The translations under genes and the position numbers were made by a program. The notes beneath the pieces were generated by a model. The model searched no databases. It was not told the DNA's origin and worked only from the letters and a program-made list of their open reading frames with translations. Positions 32,290 through 47,200 of a stretch of DNA of 64,000 bases are shown in pieces. The stretch is from assembly GCA_950097015.1 (NCBI GenBank), contig CATNEN010000005.1:2790001-2854000 (forward strand). Reading direction: 5' to 3'. This DNA is from Macrostomum hystrix (taxonomy: Eukaryota; Animalia; Platyhelminthes). Every line of letters starts with the position of its first letter. Position 1 is the stretch's first letter.

Positions 32290-35200
32290 TTACATCTGAA
32301 GTTCGATTGATAGCTGCACTTTTGATTGCTGAAGTTCGATTGATAGCTGAACTTTTGATTGCTGAAGTTCGATTGATAACTGAACTTTTGATTGCTGAAG
32401 TTCGATTGATAACTGAACTTTTGATTGCTGAAGTTCGATTGATAGCTGAACTTTTGATTGCTGAAGTTCGATTGATAACTGAACTTTTGATTGCTGAAGT
32501 TCGATTGATAGCTGAACTTTTGATTGCTGAAGTTCGATTGATAGCTGAACTTTTGATTGCTGAAGTTCGATTGATAGCTGAACTTTTGATTGCTGAAGTT
32601 CGATTGATAGCTGAACTTTTGACTGCTGAAGTTCGATTGATAGCTGAACTTTTGATTGCTGAAGTTCGATTGATAGCTGAACTTTTGATTGCTGAAGTTC
32701 GATTGATAACTGAACTTTTGACTGCTGAAGTTCGATTGATAGCTGAACTTTTGACTGCTGAAGTTTGATTGATAGCTGAACTTTTGACTGCTGAAGTTTG
32801 ATTGATAGCTGAACTTTTGACTGCTGAAGTTCGATTGATAGCTGAACTTTTGACTGCTGAAGTTCGATTGATAGCTGAACTTTTGATTGCTGAAGTTCGA
32901 TTGATAACTGAACTTTTGATTGCTGAAGTTCGATTGATAACTGAACTTTTGATTGCTGAAGTTCGATTGATAGCTGAACTTTTGACTGCTGAAGTTCTAT
33001 TGATAGCTGAACTTTTGATTGCTGAAGTTCGATTGATAACTGAACTTTTGATTGCTGAAGTTCGATTGATAACTGAACTTTTGATTGCTGAAGTTCGATT
33101 GATAGCTGAACTTTTGACTGCTGAAGTTCGATTGATAGCTGAACTTTTGACTGCTGAAGTTCTATTGATAGCTGAACTTTTGACTGCTGAAGTTTGATTG
33201 ATAACTGAACTTTTGATTGCTGAAGTTCGATTGATAGCTGAACTTTTGACTGCTGAAGTTCGATTGATAGCTGAACTTTTGACTGCTGAAGTTTGATTGA
33301 TAACTGAACTTTTGATTGCTGAAGTTCGATTGATAACTGAACTTTTGACTGCTGAAGTTTGATTGATAACTGAACTTTTGATTGCTGAAGTTCGATTGAT
33401 AACTGAACTTTTGACTGCTGAAGTTTGATTGATAACTGAACTTTTGATTGCTGAAGTTCGATTGATAGCTGAACTTTTGATTGCTGAAGTTCGATTGATA
33501 ACTGAACTTTTGACTGCTGAAGTTCGATTGATAGCTGAACTTTTGACTGCTGAAGTTCGATTGATAGCTGAACTTTTGACTGCTGAAGTTTGATTGATAA
33601 CTGAACTTTTGATTGCTGAAGTTCGATTGATAACTGAACTTTTGATTGCTGAAGTTCGATTGATAACTGAACTTTTGATTGCTGAAGTTCGATTGATAAC
33701 TGAACTTTTGACTGCTGAAGTTTGATTGATAACTGAACTTTTGACTGCTGAAGTTCGATTGATAGCTGAACTTTTGATTGCTGAAGTTTGATTGATAGCT
33801 GAACTTTTGACTGCTGAAGTTCGATTGATAACTGAACTTTTGATTGCTGAAGTTTGATTGATAACTGAACTTTTGATTGCTGAAGTTCGATTGATAGCTG
33901 AACTTTTGACTGCTGAAGTTCGATTGATAACTGAACTTTTGACTGCTGAAGTTCGATTGATAGCTGAACTTTTGATTGCTGAAGTTCGATTGATAGCTGA
34001 ACTTTTGACTGCTGAAGTTCGATTGATAACTGAACTTTTGATTGCTGAAGTTCGATTGATAGCTGAACTTTTGATTGCTGAAGTTCGATTGATAGCTGAA
34101 CTTTTGACTGCTGAAGTTCGATTGATAACTGAACTTTTGATTGCTGAAGTTCGATTGATAGCTGAACTTTTGATTGCTGAAGTTCGATTGATAGCTGAAC
34201 TTTTGACTGCTGAAGTTTGATTGATAACTGAACTTTTGATTGCTGAAGTTCGATTGATAGCTGAACTTTTGACTGCTGAAGTTCGATTGATAGCTGAACT
34301 TTTGACTGCTGAAGTTTGATTGATAACTGAACTTTTGATTGCTGAAGTTCGATTGATAACTGAACTTTTGACTGCTGAAGTTTGATTGATAACTGAACTT
34401 TTGATTGCTGAAGTTCGATTGATAACTGAACTTTTGACTGCTGAAGTTTGATTGATAACTGAACTTTTGATTGCTGAAGTTCGATTGATAGCTGAACTTT
34501 TGATTGCTGAAGTTCGATTGATAGCTGAACTTTTGACTGCTGAAGTTCGATTGATAGCTGAACTTTTGACTGCTGAAGTTTGATTGATAACTGAACTTTT
34601 GACTGCTGAAGTTCGATTGATAACTGAACTTTTGACTGCTGAAGTTTGATTGATAACTGAACTTTTGATTGCTGAAGTTCGATTGATAGCTGAACTTTTG
34701 ACTGCTGAAGTTCGATTGATAACTGAACTTTTGATTGCTGAAGTTCGATTGATAGCTGAACTTTTGATTGCTGAAGTTCGATTGATAACTGAACTTTTGA
34801 CTGCTGAAGTTCGATTGATAGCTGAACTTTTGACTGCTGAAGTTCGATTGATAGCTGAACTTTTGATTGCTGAAGTTCGATTGATAACTGAACTTTTGAT
34901 TGCTGAAGTTCGATTGATAACTGAACTTTTGATTGCTGAAGTTCGATTGATAGCTGAACTTTTGACTGCTGAAGTTCTATTGATAGCTGAACTTTTGATT
35001 GCTGAAGTTCGATTGATAACTGAACTTTTGACTGCTGAAGTTCTATTGATAGCTGAACTTTTGATTGCTGAAGTTCGATTGATAACTGAACTTTTGATTG
35101 CTGAAGTTCGATTGATAGCTGAACTTTTGACTGCTGAAGTTCTATTGATAGCTGAACTTTTGATTGCTGAAGTTCGATTGATAGCTGAACTTTTGACTGC

Positions 35201-38200
35201 TGAAGTTCTATTGATAGCTGAACTTTTGACTGCTGAAGTTTGATTGATAACTGAACTTTTGATTGCTGAAGTTCGATTGATAGCTGAACTTTTGACTGCT
35301 GAAGTTCGATTGATAGCTGAACTTTTGACTGCTGAAGTTTGATTGATAGCTGAACTTTTGATTGCTGAAGTTCGATTGATAACTGAACTTTTGACTGCTG
35401 AAGTTTGATTGATAACTGAACTTTTGATTGCTGAAGTTCGATTGATAGCTGAACTTTTGATTGCTGAAGTTCGATTGATAGCTGAACTTTTGACTGCTGA
35501 AGTTCGATTGATAACTGAACTTTTGACTGCTGAAGTTCGATTGATAACTGAACTTTTGATTGCTGAAGTTCGATTGATAACTGAACTTTTGATTGCTGAA
35601 GTTCGATTGATAACTGAACTTTTGACTGCTGAAGTTCGATTGATAGCTGAACTTTTGACTGCTGAAGTTCGATTGATAACTGAACTTTTGACTGCTGAAG
35701 TTTGATTGATAACTGAACTTTTGACTGCTGAAGTTCGATTGATAGCTGAACTTTTGATTGCTGAAGTTCGATTGATAGCTGAACTTTTGATTGCTGAAGT
35801 TCGATTGATAACTGAACTTTTGACTGCTGAAGTTCGATTGATAGCTGAACTTTTGACTGCTGAAGTTCGATTGATAGCTGAACTTTTGACTGCTGAAGTT
35901 CGATTGATAGCTGAACTTTTGATTGCTGAAGTTTGATTGATAACTGAACTTTTGACTGCTGAAGTTCTATTGATAGCTGAACTTTTGACTGCTGAAGTTC
36001 GATTGATAACTGAACTTTTGATTGCTGAAGTTTGATTGATAACTGAACTTTTGATTGCTGAAGTTCGATTGATAACTGAACTTTTGATTGCTGAAGTTTG
36101 ATTGATAACTGAACTTTTGATTGCTGAAGTTCGATTGATAACTGAACTTTTGATTGCTGAAGTTTGATTGATAACTGAACTTTTGATTGCTGAAGTTCGA
36201 TTGATAACTGAACTTTTGACTGCTGAAGTTCTATTGATAGCTGAACTTTTGACTGCTGAAGTTCGATTGATAACTGAACTTTTGATTGCTGAAGTTCGAT
36301 TGATAACTGAACTTTTGATTGCTGAAGTTCGATTGATAACTGAACTTTTGACTGCTGAAGTTCGATTGATAACTGAACTTTTGATTGCTGAAGTTCGATT
36401 GATAACTGAACTTTTGATTGCTGAAGTTCGATTGATAGCTGAACTTTTGACTGCTGAAGTTCGATTGATAACTGAACTTTTGATTGCTGAAGTTCGATTG
36501 ATAACTGAACTTTTGATTGCTGAAGTTCGATTGATAACTGAACTTTTGATTGCTGAAGTTCGATTGATAGCTGAACTTTTGACTGCTGAAGTTTGATTGA
36601 TAACTGAACTTTTGATTGCTGAAGTTCGATTGATAGCTGCACTTTTGACTGCTGAAGTTCGATTGATAACTGAACTTTTGACTGCTGAAGTTCGATTGAT
36701 AGCTGAACTTTTGACTGCTGAAGTTTGATTGATAACTGAACTTTTGATTGCTGAAGTTCGATTGATAGCTGAACTTTTGACTGCTGAAGTTCGATTGATA
36801 ACTGAACTTTTGATTGCTGAAGTTCGATTGATAGCTGAACTTTTGACTGCTGAAGTTCGATTGATAACTGAACTTTTGATTGCTGAAGTTCGATTGATAA
36901 CTGAACTTTTGATTGCTGAAGTTCGATTGATAGCTGAACTTTTGATTGCTGAAGTTCGATTGATAACTGCACTTTTGATTGCTGAAGTTCGATTGATAGC
37001 TGAACTTTTGATTGCTGAAGTTCGATTGATAACTGAACTTTTGATTGCTGAAGTTCGATTGATAGCTGCACTTTTGATTGCTGAAGTTCGATTGATAACT
37101 GAACTTTTGATTGCTGAAGTTCGATTGATAGCTGAACTTTTGACTGCTGAAGTTTGATTGATAACTGAACTTTTGATTGCTGAAGTTCGATTGATAACTG
37201 AACTTTTGATTGCTGAAGTTCGATTGATAGCTGAACTTTTGATTGCTGAAGTTCGATTGATAACTGAACTTTTGATTGCTGAAGTTCGATTGATAACTGA
37301 ACTTTTGATTGCTGAAGTTTGATTGATAGCTGAACTTTTGATTGCTGAAGTTCGATTGATAACTGAACTTTTGATTGCTGAAGTTCGATTGATAACTGAA
37401 CTTTTGATTGCTGAAGTTCGATTGATAACTGAACTTTTGATTGCTGAAGTTCGATTGATAACTGAACTTTTGATTGCTGAAGTTCGATTGATAACTGAAC
37501 TTTTGATTGCTGAAGTTCGATTGATAACTGAACTTTTGATTGCTGAAGTTTGATTGATAACTGAACTTTTGACTGCTGAAGTTCGATTGATAGCTGCACT
37601 TTTGACTGCTGAAGTTCGATTGATAGCTGAACTTTTGATTGCTGAAGTTCGATTGATAACTGAACTTTTGATTGCTGAAGTTCGATTGATAACTGAACTT
37701 TTGATTGCTGAAGTTCGATTGATAACTGAACTTTTGACTGCTGAAGTTTGATTGATAACTGAACTTTTGACTGCTGAAGTTCGATTGATAACTGAACTTT
37801 TGATTGCTGAAGTTCGATTGATAGCTAAACTTTTGATTGCTGAAGTTCGATTGATAGCTGAACTTTTGATTGCTGAAGTTCGATTGATAGCTGAACTTTT
37901 GACTGCTGAAGTTCGATTGATAACTGAACTTTTGATTGCTGAAGTTCGATTGATAGCTGAACTTTTGATTGCTGAAGTTCGATTGATAGCTGAACTTTTG
38001 ATTGCTGAAGTTTGATTGATAACTGAACTTTTGATTGCTGAAGTTCTATTGATAACTGAACTTTTGATTGCTGAAGTTCGATTGATAGCTGAACTTTTGA
38101 TTGCTGAAGTTCGATTGATAACTGAACTTTTGATTGCTGAAGTTCGATTGATAGCTGAACTTTTGACTGCTGAAGTGCGATTGATAGCTGAACTTTTGAT

Positions 38201-41200
38201 TGCTGAAGTTCGATTGATAACTGAACTTTTGATTGCTGAAGTTCGATTGATAACTGAACTTTTGACTGCTGAAGTTCGATTGATAGCTGAACTTTTGACT
38301 GCTGAAGTTTGATTGATAACTTTGAACTTTTGATTGCTGAAGTTTGATTGATAACTGAACTTTTGACTGCTGAAGTTTGATTGATAACTGAACTTTTGAC
38401 TGCTGAAGTTTGATTGATAACTGAACTTTTGATTGCTGAAGTTCGATTGATAGCTGAACTTTTGACTGCTGAAGTTCGATTGATAACTGAACTTTTGATT
38501 GCTGAAGTTCGATTGATAGCTGAACTTTTGATTGCTGAAGTTCGATTGATAGCTGAACTTTTGATTGCTGAAGTTCGATTGATAGCTGAACTTTTGACTG
38601 CTGAAGTTTGATTGATAACTGAACTTTTGATTGCTGAAGTTCGATTGATAGCTGAACTTTTGACTGCTGAAGTTCGATTGATAGCTGAACTTTTGATTGC
38701 TGAAGTTCGATTGATAGCTGAACTTTTGATTGCTGAAGTTTGATTGATAACTGAACTTTTGATTGCTGAAGTTCTATTGATAACTGAACTTTTGATTGCT
38801 GAAGTTTGATTGATAACTGAACTTTTGACTGCTGAAGTTCGATTGATAACTGAACTTTTGATTGCTGAAGTTCGATTGATAACTGAACTTTTGATTGCTG
38901 AAGTTCGATTGATAGCTGAACTTTTGACTGCTGAAGTTCGATTGATAACTGAACTTTTGACTGCTGAAGTTTGATTGATAACTGAACTTTTGATTGCTGA
39001 AGTTCGATTGATAACTGAACTTTTGACTGCTGAAGTTCGATTGATAGCTGAACTTTTGACTGCTGAAGTTTGATTGATAACTTTGAACTTTTGATTGCTG
39101 AAGTTTGATTGATAACTGAACTTTTGACTGCTGAAGTTTGATTGATAACTGAACTTTTGACTGCTGAAGTTCGATTGATAACTGAACTTTTGATTGCTGA
39201 AGTTCGATTGATAGCTGAACTTTTGATTGCTGAAGTTCGATTGATAACTGAACTTTTGACTGCTGAAGTTTGATTGATAACTGAACTTTTGACTGCTGAA
39301 GTTTGATTGATAACTGAACTTTTGACTGCTGAAGTTCGATTGATAGCTGAACTTTTGACTGCTGAAGTTCGATTGATAACTGAACTTTTGATTGCTGAAG
39401 TTTGATTGATAACTGAACTTTTGATTGCTGAAGTTCGATTGATAACTGAACTTTTGACTGCTGAAGTTTGATTGATAACTGAACTTTTGATTGCTGAAGT
39501 TCGATTAATAACTGAACTTTTGATTGCTGAAGTTCGATTGATAACTGAACTTTTGATTGCTGAAGTTCGATTGATAGCTGAACTTTTGATTGCTGAAGTT
39601 CGATTGATAGCTGAACTTTTGACTGCTGAAGTTTGATTGATAACTGAACTTTTGATTGCTGAAGTTCGATTGATAGCTGCACTTTTGACTGCTGAAGTTC
39701 GATTGATAACTGAACTTTTGACTGCTGAAGTTCGATTGATAGCTGAACTTTTGACTGCTGAAGTTTGATTGATAACTGAACTTTTGATTGCTGAAGTTCG
39801 ATTGATAGCTGAACTTTTGACTGCTGAAGTTCGATTGATAACTGAACTTTTGATTGCTGAAGTTCGATTGATAGCTGAACTTTTGACTGCTGAAGTTTGA
39901 TTGATAACTGAACTTTTGACTGCTGAAGTTCGATTGATAACTGAACTTTTGATTGCTGAAGTTCGATTGATAGCTGAACTTTTGATTGCTGAAGTTCGAT
40001 TGATAACTGCACTTTTGATTGCTGAAGTTCGATTGATAGCTGAACTTTTGATTGCTGAAGTTCGATTGATAACTGAACTTTTGATTGCTGAAGTTCGATT
40101 GATAGCTGCACTTTTGATTGCTGAAGTTCGATTGATAACTGAACTTTTGATTGCTGAAGTTCGATTGATAGCTGAACTTTTGACTGCTGAAGTTTGATTG
40201 ATAACTGAACTTTTGATTGCTGAAGTTCGATTGATAACTGAACTTTTGATTGCTGAAGTTCGATTGATAGCTGAACTTTTGATTGCTGAAGTTCGATTGA
40301 TAACTGAACTTTTGATTGCTGAAGTTTGATTGATAACTGAACTTTTGACTGCTGAAGTTCGATTGATAGCTGAACTTTTGACTGCTGAAGTTCGATTGAT
40401 AGCTGAACTTTTGATTGCTGAAGTTCGATTGATAACTGAACTTTTGATTGCTGAAGTTCGATTGATAACTGAACTTTTGATTGCTGAAGTTCGATTGATA
40501 ACTGAACTTTTGATTGCTGAAGTTCGATTGATAACTGAACTTTTGACTGCTGAAGTTTGATTGATAACTGAACTTTTGACTGCTGAAGTTCGATTGATAA
40601 CTGAACTTTTGATTGCTGAAGTTCGATTGATAGCTGAACTTTTGATTGCTGAAGTTCGATTGATAGCTGAACTTTTGATTGCTGAAGTTCGATTGATAGC
40701 TGAACTTTTGACTGCTGAAGTTCGATTGATAGCTGAACTTTTGATTGCTGAAGTTCGATTGATAACTGAACTTTTGATTGCTGAAGTTCGATTGATAACT
40801 GAACTTTTGATTGCTGAAGTTCGATTGATAGCTGAACTTTTGATTGCTGAAGTTCGATTGATAACTGAACTTTTGATTGCTGAAGTTCGATTGATAACTG
40901 AACTTTTGATTGCTGAAGTTCGATTGATAGCTGAACTTTTGATTGCTGAAGTTCGATTGATAACTGAACTTTTGATTGCTGAAGTTCGATTGATAGCTGA
41001 ACTTTTGACTGCTGAAGTGCGATTGATAGCTGAACTTTTGATTGCTGAAGTTCGATTGATAACTGAACTTTTGATTGCTGAAGTTCGATTGATAACTGAA
41101 CTTTTGATTGCTGAAGTTCGATTGATAGCTGAACTTTTGACTGCTGAAGTTTGATTGATAGCTGAACTTTTGACTGCTGAAGTTCGATTGATAGCTGAAC

Positions 41201-44200
41201 TTTTGATTGCTGAAGTTCGATTGATAACTGAACTTTTGACTGCTGAAGTTTGATTGATAACTGAACTTTTGACTGCTGAAGTTTGATTGATAACTGAACT
41301 TTCGACTGCTGAAGTTCGATTGATAGCTGAACTTTTGACTGCTGAAGTTCGATTGATAACTGAACTTTTGATTGCTGAAGTTTGATTGATAACTGAACTT
41401 TTGATTGCTGAAGTTCGATTGATAACTGAACTTTTGACTGCTGAAGTTTGATTGATAACTGAACTTTTGATTGCTGAAGTTCGATTGATAACTGAACTTT
41501 TGATTGCTGAAGTTCGATTGATAACTGAACTTTTGATTGCTGAAGTTCGATTGATAACTGAACTTTTGATTGCTGAAGTTCGATTGATAGCTGAACTTTT
41601 GACTGCTGAAGTTCGATTGATAGCTGAACTTTTGACTGCTGAAGTTTGATTGATAACTTTGAACTTTTGATTGCTGAAGTTTGATTGATAACTGAACTTT
41701 TGACTGCTGAAGTTTGATTGATAACTGAACTTTTGACTGCTGAAGTTTGATTGATAACTGAACTTTTGATTGCTGAAGTTCGATTGATAGCTGAACTTTT
41801 GACTGCTGAAGTTCGATTGATAACTGAACTTTTGATTGCTGAAGTTCGATTGATAGCTGAACTTTTGATTGCTGAAGTTCGATTGATAGCTGAACTTTTG
41901 ATTGCTGAAGTTCGATTGATAGCTGAACTTTTGACTGCTGAAGTTTGATTGATAACTGAACTTTTGATTGCTGAAGTTCGATTGATAGCTGAACTTTTGA
42001 CTGCTGAAGTTCGATTGATAGCTGAACTTTTGATTGCTGAAGTTCGATTGATAGCTGAACTTTTGATTGCTGAAGTTTGATTGATAACTGAACTTTTGAT
42101 TGCTGAAGTTCTATTGATAACTGAACTTTTGATTGCTGAAGTTCGATTGATAGCTGAACTTTTGATTGCTGAAGTTCGATTGATAACTGAACTTTTGATT
42201 GCTGAAGTTCGATTGATAGCTGAACTTTTGACTGCTGAAGTGCGATTGATAGCTGAACTTTTGATTGCTGAAGTTCGATTGATAACTGAACTTTTGATTG
42301 CTGAAGTTCGATTGATAACTGAACTTTTGACTGCTGAAGTTCGATTGATAGCTGAACTTTTGACTGCTGAAGTTTGATTGATAACTTTGAACTTTTGATT
42401 GCTGAAGTTTGATTGATAACTGAACTTTTGACTGCTGAAGTTTGATTGATAACTGAACTTTTGACTGCTGAAGTTTGATTGATAACTGAACTTTTGATTG
42501 CTGAAGTTCGATTGATAGCTGAACTTTTGACTGCTGAAGTTCGATTGATAACTGAACTTTTGATTGCTGAAGTTCGATTGATAGCTGAACTTTTGATTGC
42601 TGAAGTTCGATTGATAGCTGAACTTTTGATTGCTGAAGTTCGATTGATAGCTGAACTTTTGACTGCTGAAGTTTGATTGATAACTGAACTTTTGATTGCT
42701 GAAGTTCGATTGATAGCTGAACTTTTGACTGCTGAAGTTCGATTGATAGCTGAACTTTTGATTGCTGAAGTTCGATTGATAGCTGAACTTTTGATTGCTG
42801 AAGTTTGATTGATAACTGAACTTTTGATTGCTGAAGTTCTATTGATAACTGAACTTTTGATTGCTGAAGTTTGATTGATAACTGAACTTTTGACTGCTGA
42901 AGTTCGATTGATAACTGAACTTTTGATTGCTGAAGTTCGATTGATAACTGAACTTTTGATTGCTGAAGTTCGATTGATAGCTGAACTTTTGACTGCTGAA
43001 GTTCGATTGATAACTGAACTTTTGACTGCTGAAGTTTGATTGATAACTGAACTTTTGATTGCTGAAGTTCGATTGATAACTGAACTTTTGACTGCTGAAG
43101 TTCGATTGATAGCTGAACTTTTGACTGCTGAAGTTTGATTGATAACTTTGAACTTTTGATTGCTGAAGTTTGATTGATAACTGAACTTTTGACTGCTGAA
43201 GTTTGATTGATAACTGAACTTTTGACTGCTGAAGTTCGATTGATAACTGAACTTTTGATTGCTGAAGTTCGATTGATAGCTGAACTTTTGATTGCTGAAG
43301 TTCGATTGATAACTGAACTTTTGACTGCTGAAGTTTGATTGATAACTGAACTTTTGACTGCTGAAGTTTGATTGATAACTGAACTTTTGACTGCTGAAGT
43401 TCGATTGATAGCTGAACTTTTGACTGCTGAAGTTCGATTGATAACTGAACTTTTGATTGCTGAAGTTTGATTGATAACTGAACTTTTGATTGCTGAAGTT
43501 CGATTGATAACTGAACTTTTGATTGCTGAAGTTCGATTGATAACTGAACTTTTGATTGCTGAAGTTCGATTGATAGCTGAACTTTTGACTGCTGAAGTTC
43601 GATTGATAACTGAACTTTTGACTGCTGAAGTTCGATTGATAGCTGAACTTTTGACTGCTGAAGTTTGATTGATAACTTTGAACTTTTGATTGCTGAAGTT
43701 TGATTGATAACTGAACTTTTGACTGCTGAAGTTTGATTGATAACTGAACTTTTGACTGCTGAAGTTTGATTGATAACTGAACTTTTGATTGCTGAAGTTC
43801 GATTGATAACTGAACTTTTGACTGCTGAAGTTCGATTGATAACTGAACTTTTGATTGCTGAAGTTCGATTGATAGCTGAACTTTTGATTGCTGAAGTTCG
43901 ATTGATAGCTGAACTTTTGATTGCTGAAGTTCGATTGATAGCTGAACTTTTGATTGCTGAAGTTCGATTGATAACTGAACTTTTGATTGCTGAAGTTCGA
44001 TTGATAGCTGAACTTTTGACTGCTGAAGTGCGATTGATAGCTGAACTTTTGATTGCTGAAGTTCGATTGATAACTGAACTTTTGATTGCTGAAGTTCGAT
44101 TGATAACTGAACTTTTGATTGCTGAAGTTCGATTGATAGCTGAACTTTTGACTGCTGAAGTTTGATTGATAGCTGAACTTTTGACTGCTGAAGTTCGATT

Positions 44201-47200
44201 GATAGCTGAACTTTTGATTGCTGAAGTTCGATTGATAACTGAACTTTTGACTGCTGAAGTTTGATTGATAACTGAACTTTTGACTGCTGAAGTTTGATTG
44301 ATAACTGAACTTTTGACTGCTGAAGTTCGATTGATAGCTGAACTTTTGACTGCTGAAGTTCGATTGATAACTGAACTTTTGATTGCTGAAGTTTGATTGA
44401 TAACTGAACTTTTGATTGCTGAAGTTCGATTGATAACTGAACTTTTGACTGCTGAAGTTTGATTGATAACTGAACTTTTGACTGCTGAAGTTCGATTGAT
44501 AGCTGAACTTTTGACTGCTGAAGTTTGATTGATAACTGAACTTTTGATTGCTGAAGTTCGATTGATAACTGAACTTTTGATTGCTGAAGTTCGATTGATA
44601 GCTGAACTTTTGACTGCTGAAGTTCGATTGATAGCTGAACTTTTGACTGCTGAAGTTTGATTGATAACTTTGAACTTTTGATTGCTGAAGTTTGATTGAT
44701 AACTGAACTTTTGACTGCTGAAGTTTGATTGATAACTGAACTTTTGACTGCTGAAGTTTGATTGATAACTGAACTTTTGATTGCTGAAGTTCGATTGATA
44801 GCTGAACTTTTGACTGCTGAAGTTCGATTGATAACTGAACTTTTGATTGCTGAAGTTCGATTGATAGCTGAACTTTTGATTGCTGAAGTTCGATTGATAG
44901 CTGAACTTTTGACTGCTGAAGTTTGATTGATAGCTGAACTTTTGACTGCTGAAGTTCGATTGATAGCTGAACTTTTGATTGCTGAAGTTCGATTGATAAC
45001 TGAACTTTTGACTGCTGAAGTTTGATTGATAACTGAACTTTTGACTGCTGAAGTTTGATTGATAACTGAACTTTTGACTGCTGAAGTTCGATTGATAGCT
45101 GAACTTTTGACTGCTGAAGTTCGATTGATAACTGAACTTTTGATTGCTGAAGTTTGATTGATAACTGAACTTTTGATTGCTGAAGTTCGATTGATAACTG
45201 AACTTTTGACTGCTGAAGTTTGATTGATAACTGAACTTTTGATTGCTGAAGTTCGATTGATAACTGAACTTTTGATTGCTGAAGTTCGATTGATAACTGA
45301 ACTTTTGATTGCTGAAGTTCGATTGATAACTGAACTTTTGATTGCTGAAGTTCGATTGATAGCTGAACTTTTGACTGCTGAAGTTCGATTGATAGCTGAA
45401 CTTTTGACTGCTGAAGTTTGATTGATAACTTTGAACTTTTGATTGCTGAAGTTTGATTGATAACTGAACTTTTGACTGCTGAAGTTTGATTGATAACTGA
45501 ACTTTTGACTGCTGAAGTTTGATTGATAACTGAACTTTTGATTGCTGAAGTTCGATTGATAGCTGAACTTTTGACTGCTGAAGTTCGATTGATAACTGAA
45601 CTTTTGATTGCTGAAGTTCGATTGATAGCTGAACTTTTGATTGCTGAAGTTCGATTGATAGCTGAACTTTTGATTGCTGAAGTTCGATTGATAGCTGAAC
45701 TTTTGACTGCTGAAGTTTGATTGATAACTGAACTTTTGATTGCTGAAGTTCGATTGATAGCTGAACTTTTGACTGCTGAAGTTCGATTGATAGCTGAACT
45801 TTTGATTGCTGAAGTTCGATTGATAGCTGAACTTTTGATTGCTGAAGTTTGATTGATAACTGAACTTTTGATTGCTGAAGTTCTATTGATAACTGAACTT
45901 TTGATTGCTGAAGTTCGATTGATAGCTGAACTTTTGATTGCTGAAGTTCGATTGATAACTGAACTTTTGATTGCTGAAGTTCGATTGATAGCTGAACTTT
46001 TGACTGCTGAAGTGCGATTGATAGCTGAACTTTTGATTGCTGAAGTTCGATTGATAACTGAACTTTTGATTGCTGAAGTTCGATTGATAACTGAACTTTT
46101 GACTGCTGAAGTTCGATTGATAGCTGAACTTTTGACTGCTGAAGTTTGATTGATAACTTTGAACTTTTGATTGCTGAAGTTTGATTGATAACTGAACTTT
46201 TGACTGCTGAAGTTTGATTGATAACTGAACTTTTGACTGCTGAAGTTTGATTGATAACTGAACTTTTGATTGCTGAAGTTCGATTGATAGCTGAACTTTT
46301 GACTGCTGAAGTTCGATTGATAACTGAACTTTTGATTGCTGAAGTTCGATTGATAGCTGAACTTTTGATTGCTGAAGTTCGATTGATAGCTGAACTTTTG
46401 ATTGCTGAAGTTCGATTGATAGCTGAACTTTTGACTGCTGAAGTTTGATTGATAACTGAACTTTTGATTGCTGAAGTTCGATTGATAGCTGAACTTTTGA
46501 CTGCTGAAGTTCGATTGATAGCTGAACTTTTGATTGCTGAAGTTCGATTGATAGCTGAACTTTTGATTGCTGAAGTTTGATTGATAACTGAACTTTTGAT
46601 TGCTGAAGTTCTATTGATAACTGAACTTTTGATTGCTGAAGTTTGATTGATAACTGAACTTTTGACTGCTGAAGTTCGATTGATAACTGAACTTTTGATT
46701 GCTGAAGTTCGATTGATAACTGAACTTTTGATTGCTGAAGTTCGATTGATAGCTGAACTTTTGACTGCTGAAGTTCGATTGATAACTGAACTTTTGACTG
46801 CTGAAGTTTGATTGATAACTGAACTTTTGATTGCTGAAGTTCGATTGATAACTGAACTTTTGACTGCTGAAGTTCGATTGATAGCTGAACTTTTGACTGC
46901 TGAAGTTTGATTGATAACTTTGAACTTTTGATTGCTGAAGTTTGATTGATAACTGAACTTTTGACTGCTGAAGTTTGATTGATAACTGAACTTTTGACTG
47001 CTGAAGTTCGATTGATAACTGAACTTTTGATTGCTGAAGTTCGATTGATAGCTGAACTTTTGATTGCTGAAGTTCGATTGATAACTGAACTTTTGACTGC
47101 TGAAGTTTGATTGATAACTGAACTTTTGACTGCTGAAGTTTGATTGATAACTGAACTTTTGACTGCTGAAGTTCGATTGATAGCTGAACTTTTGACTGCT

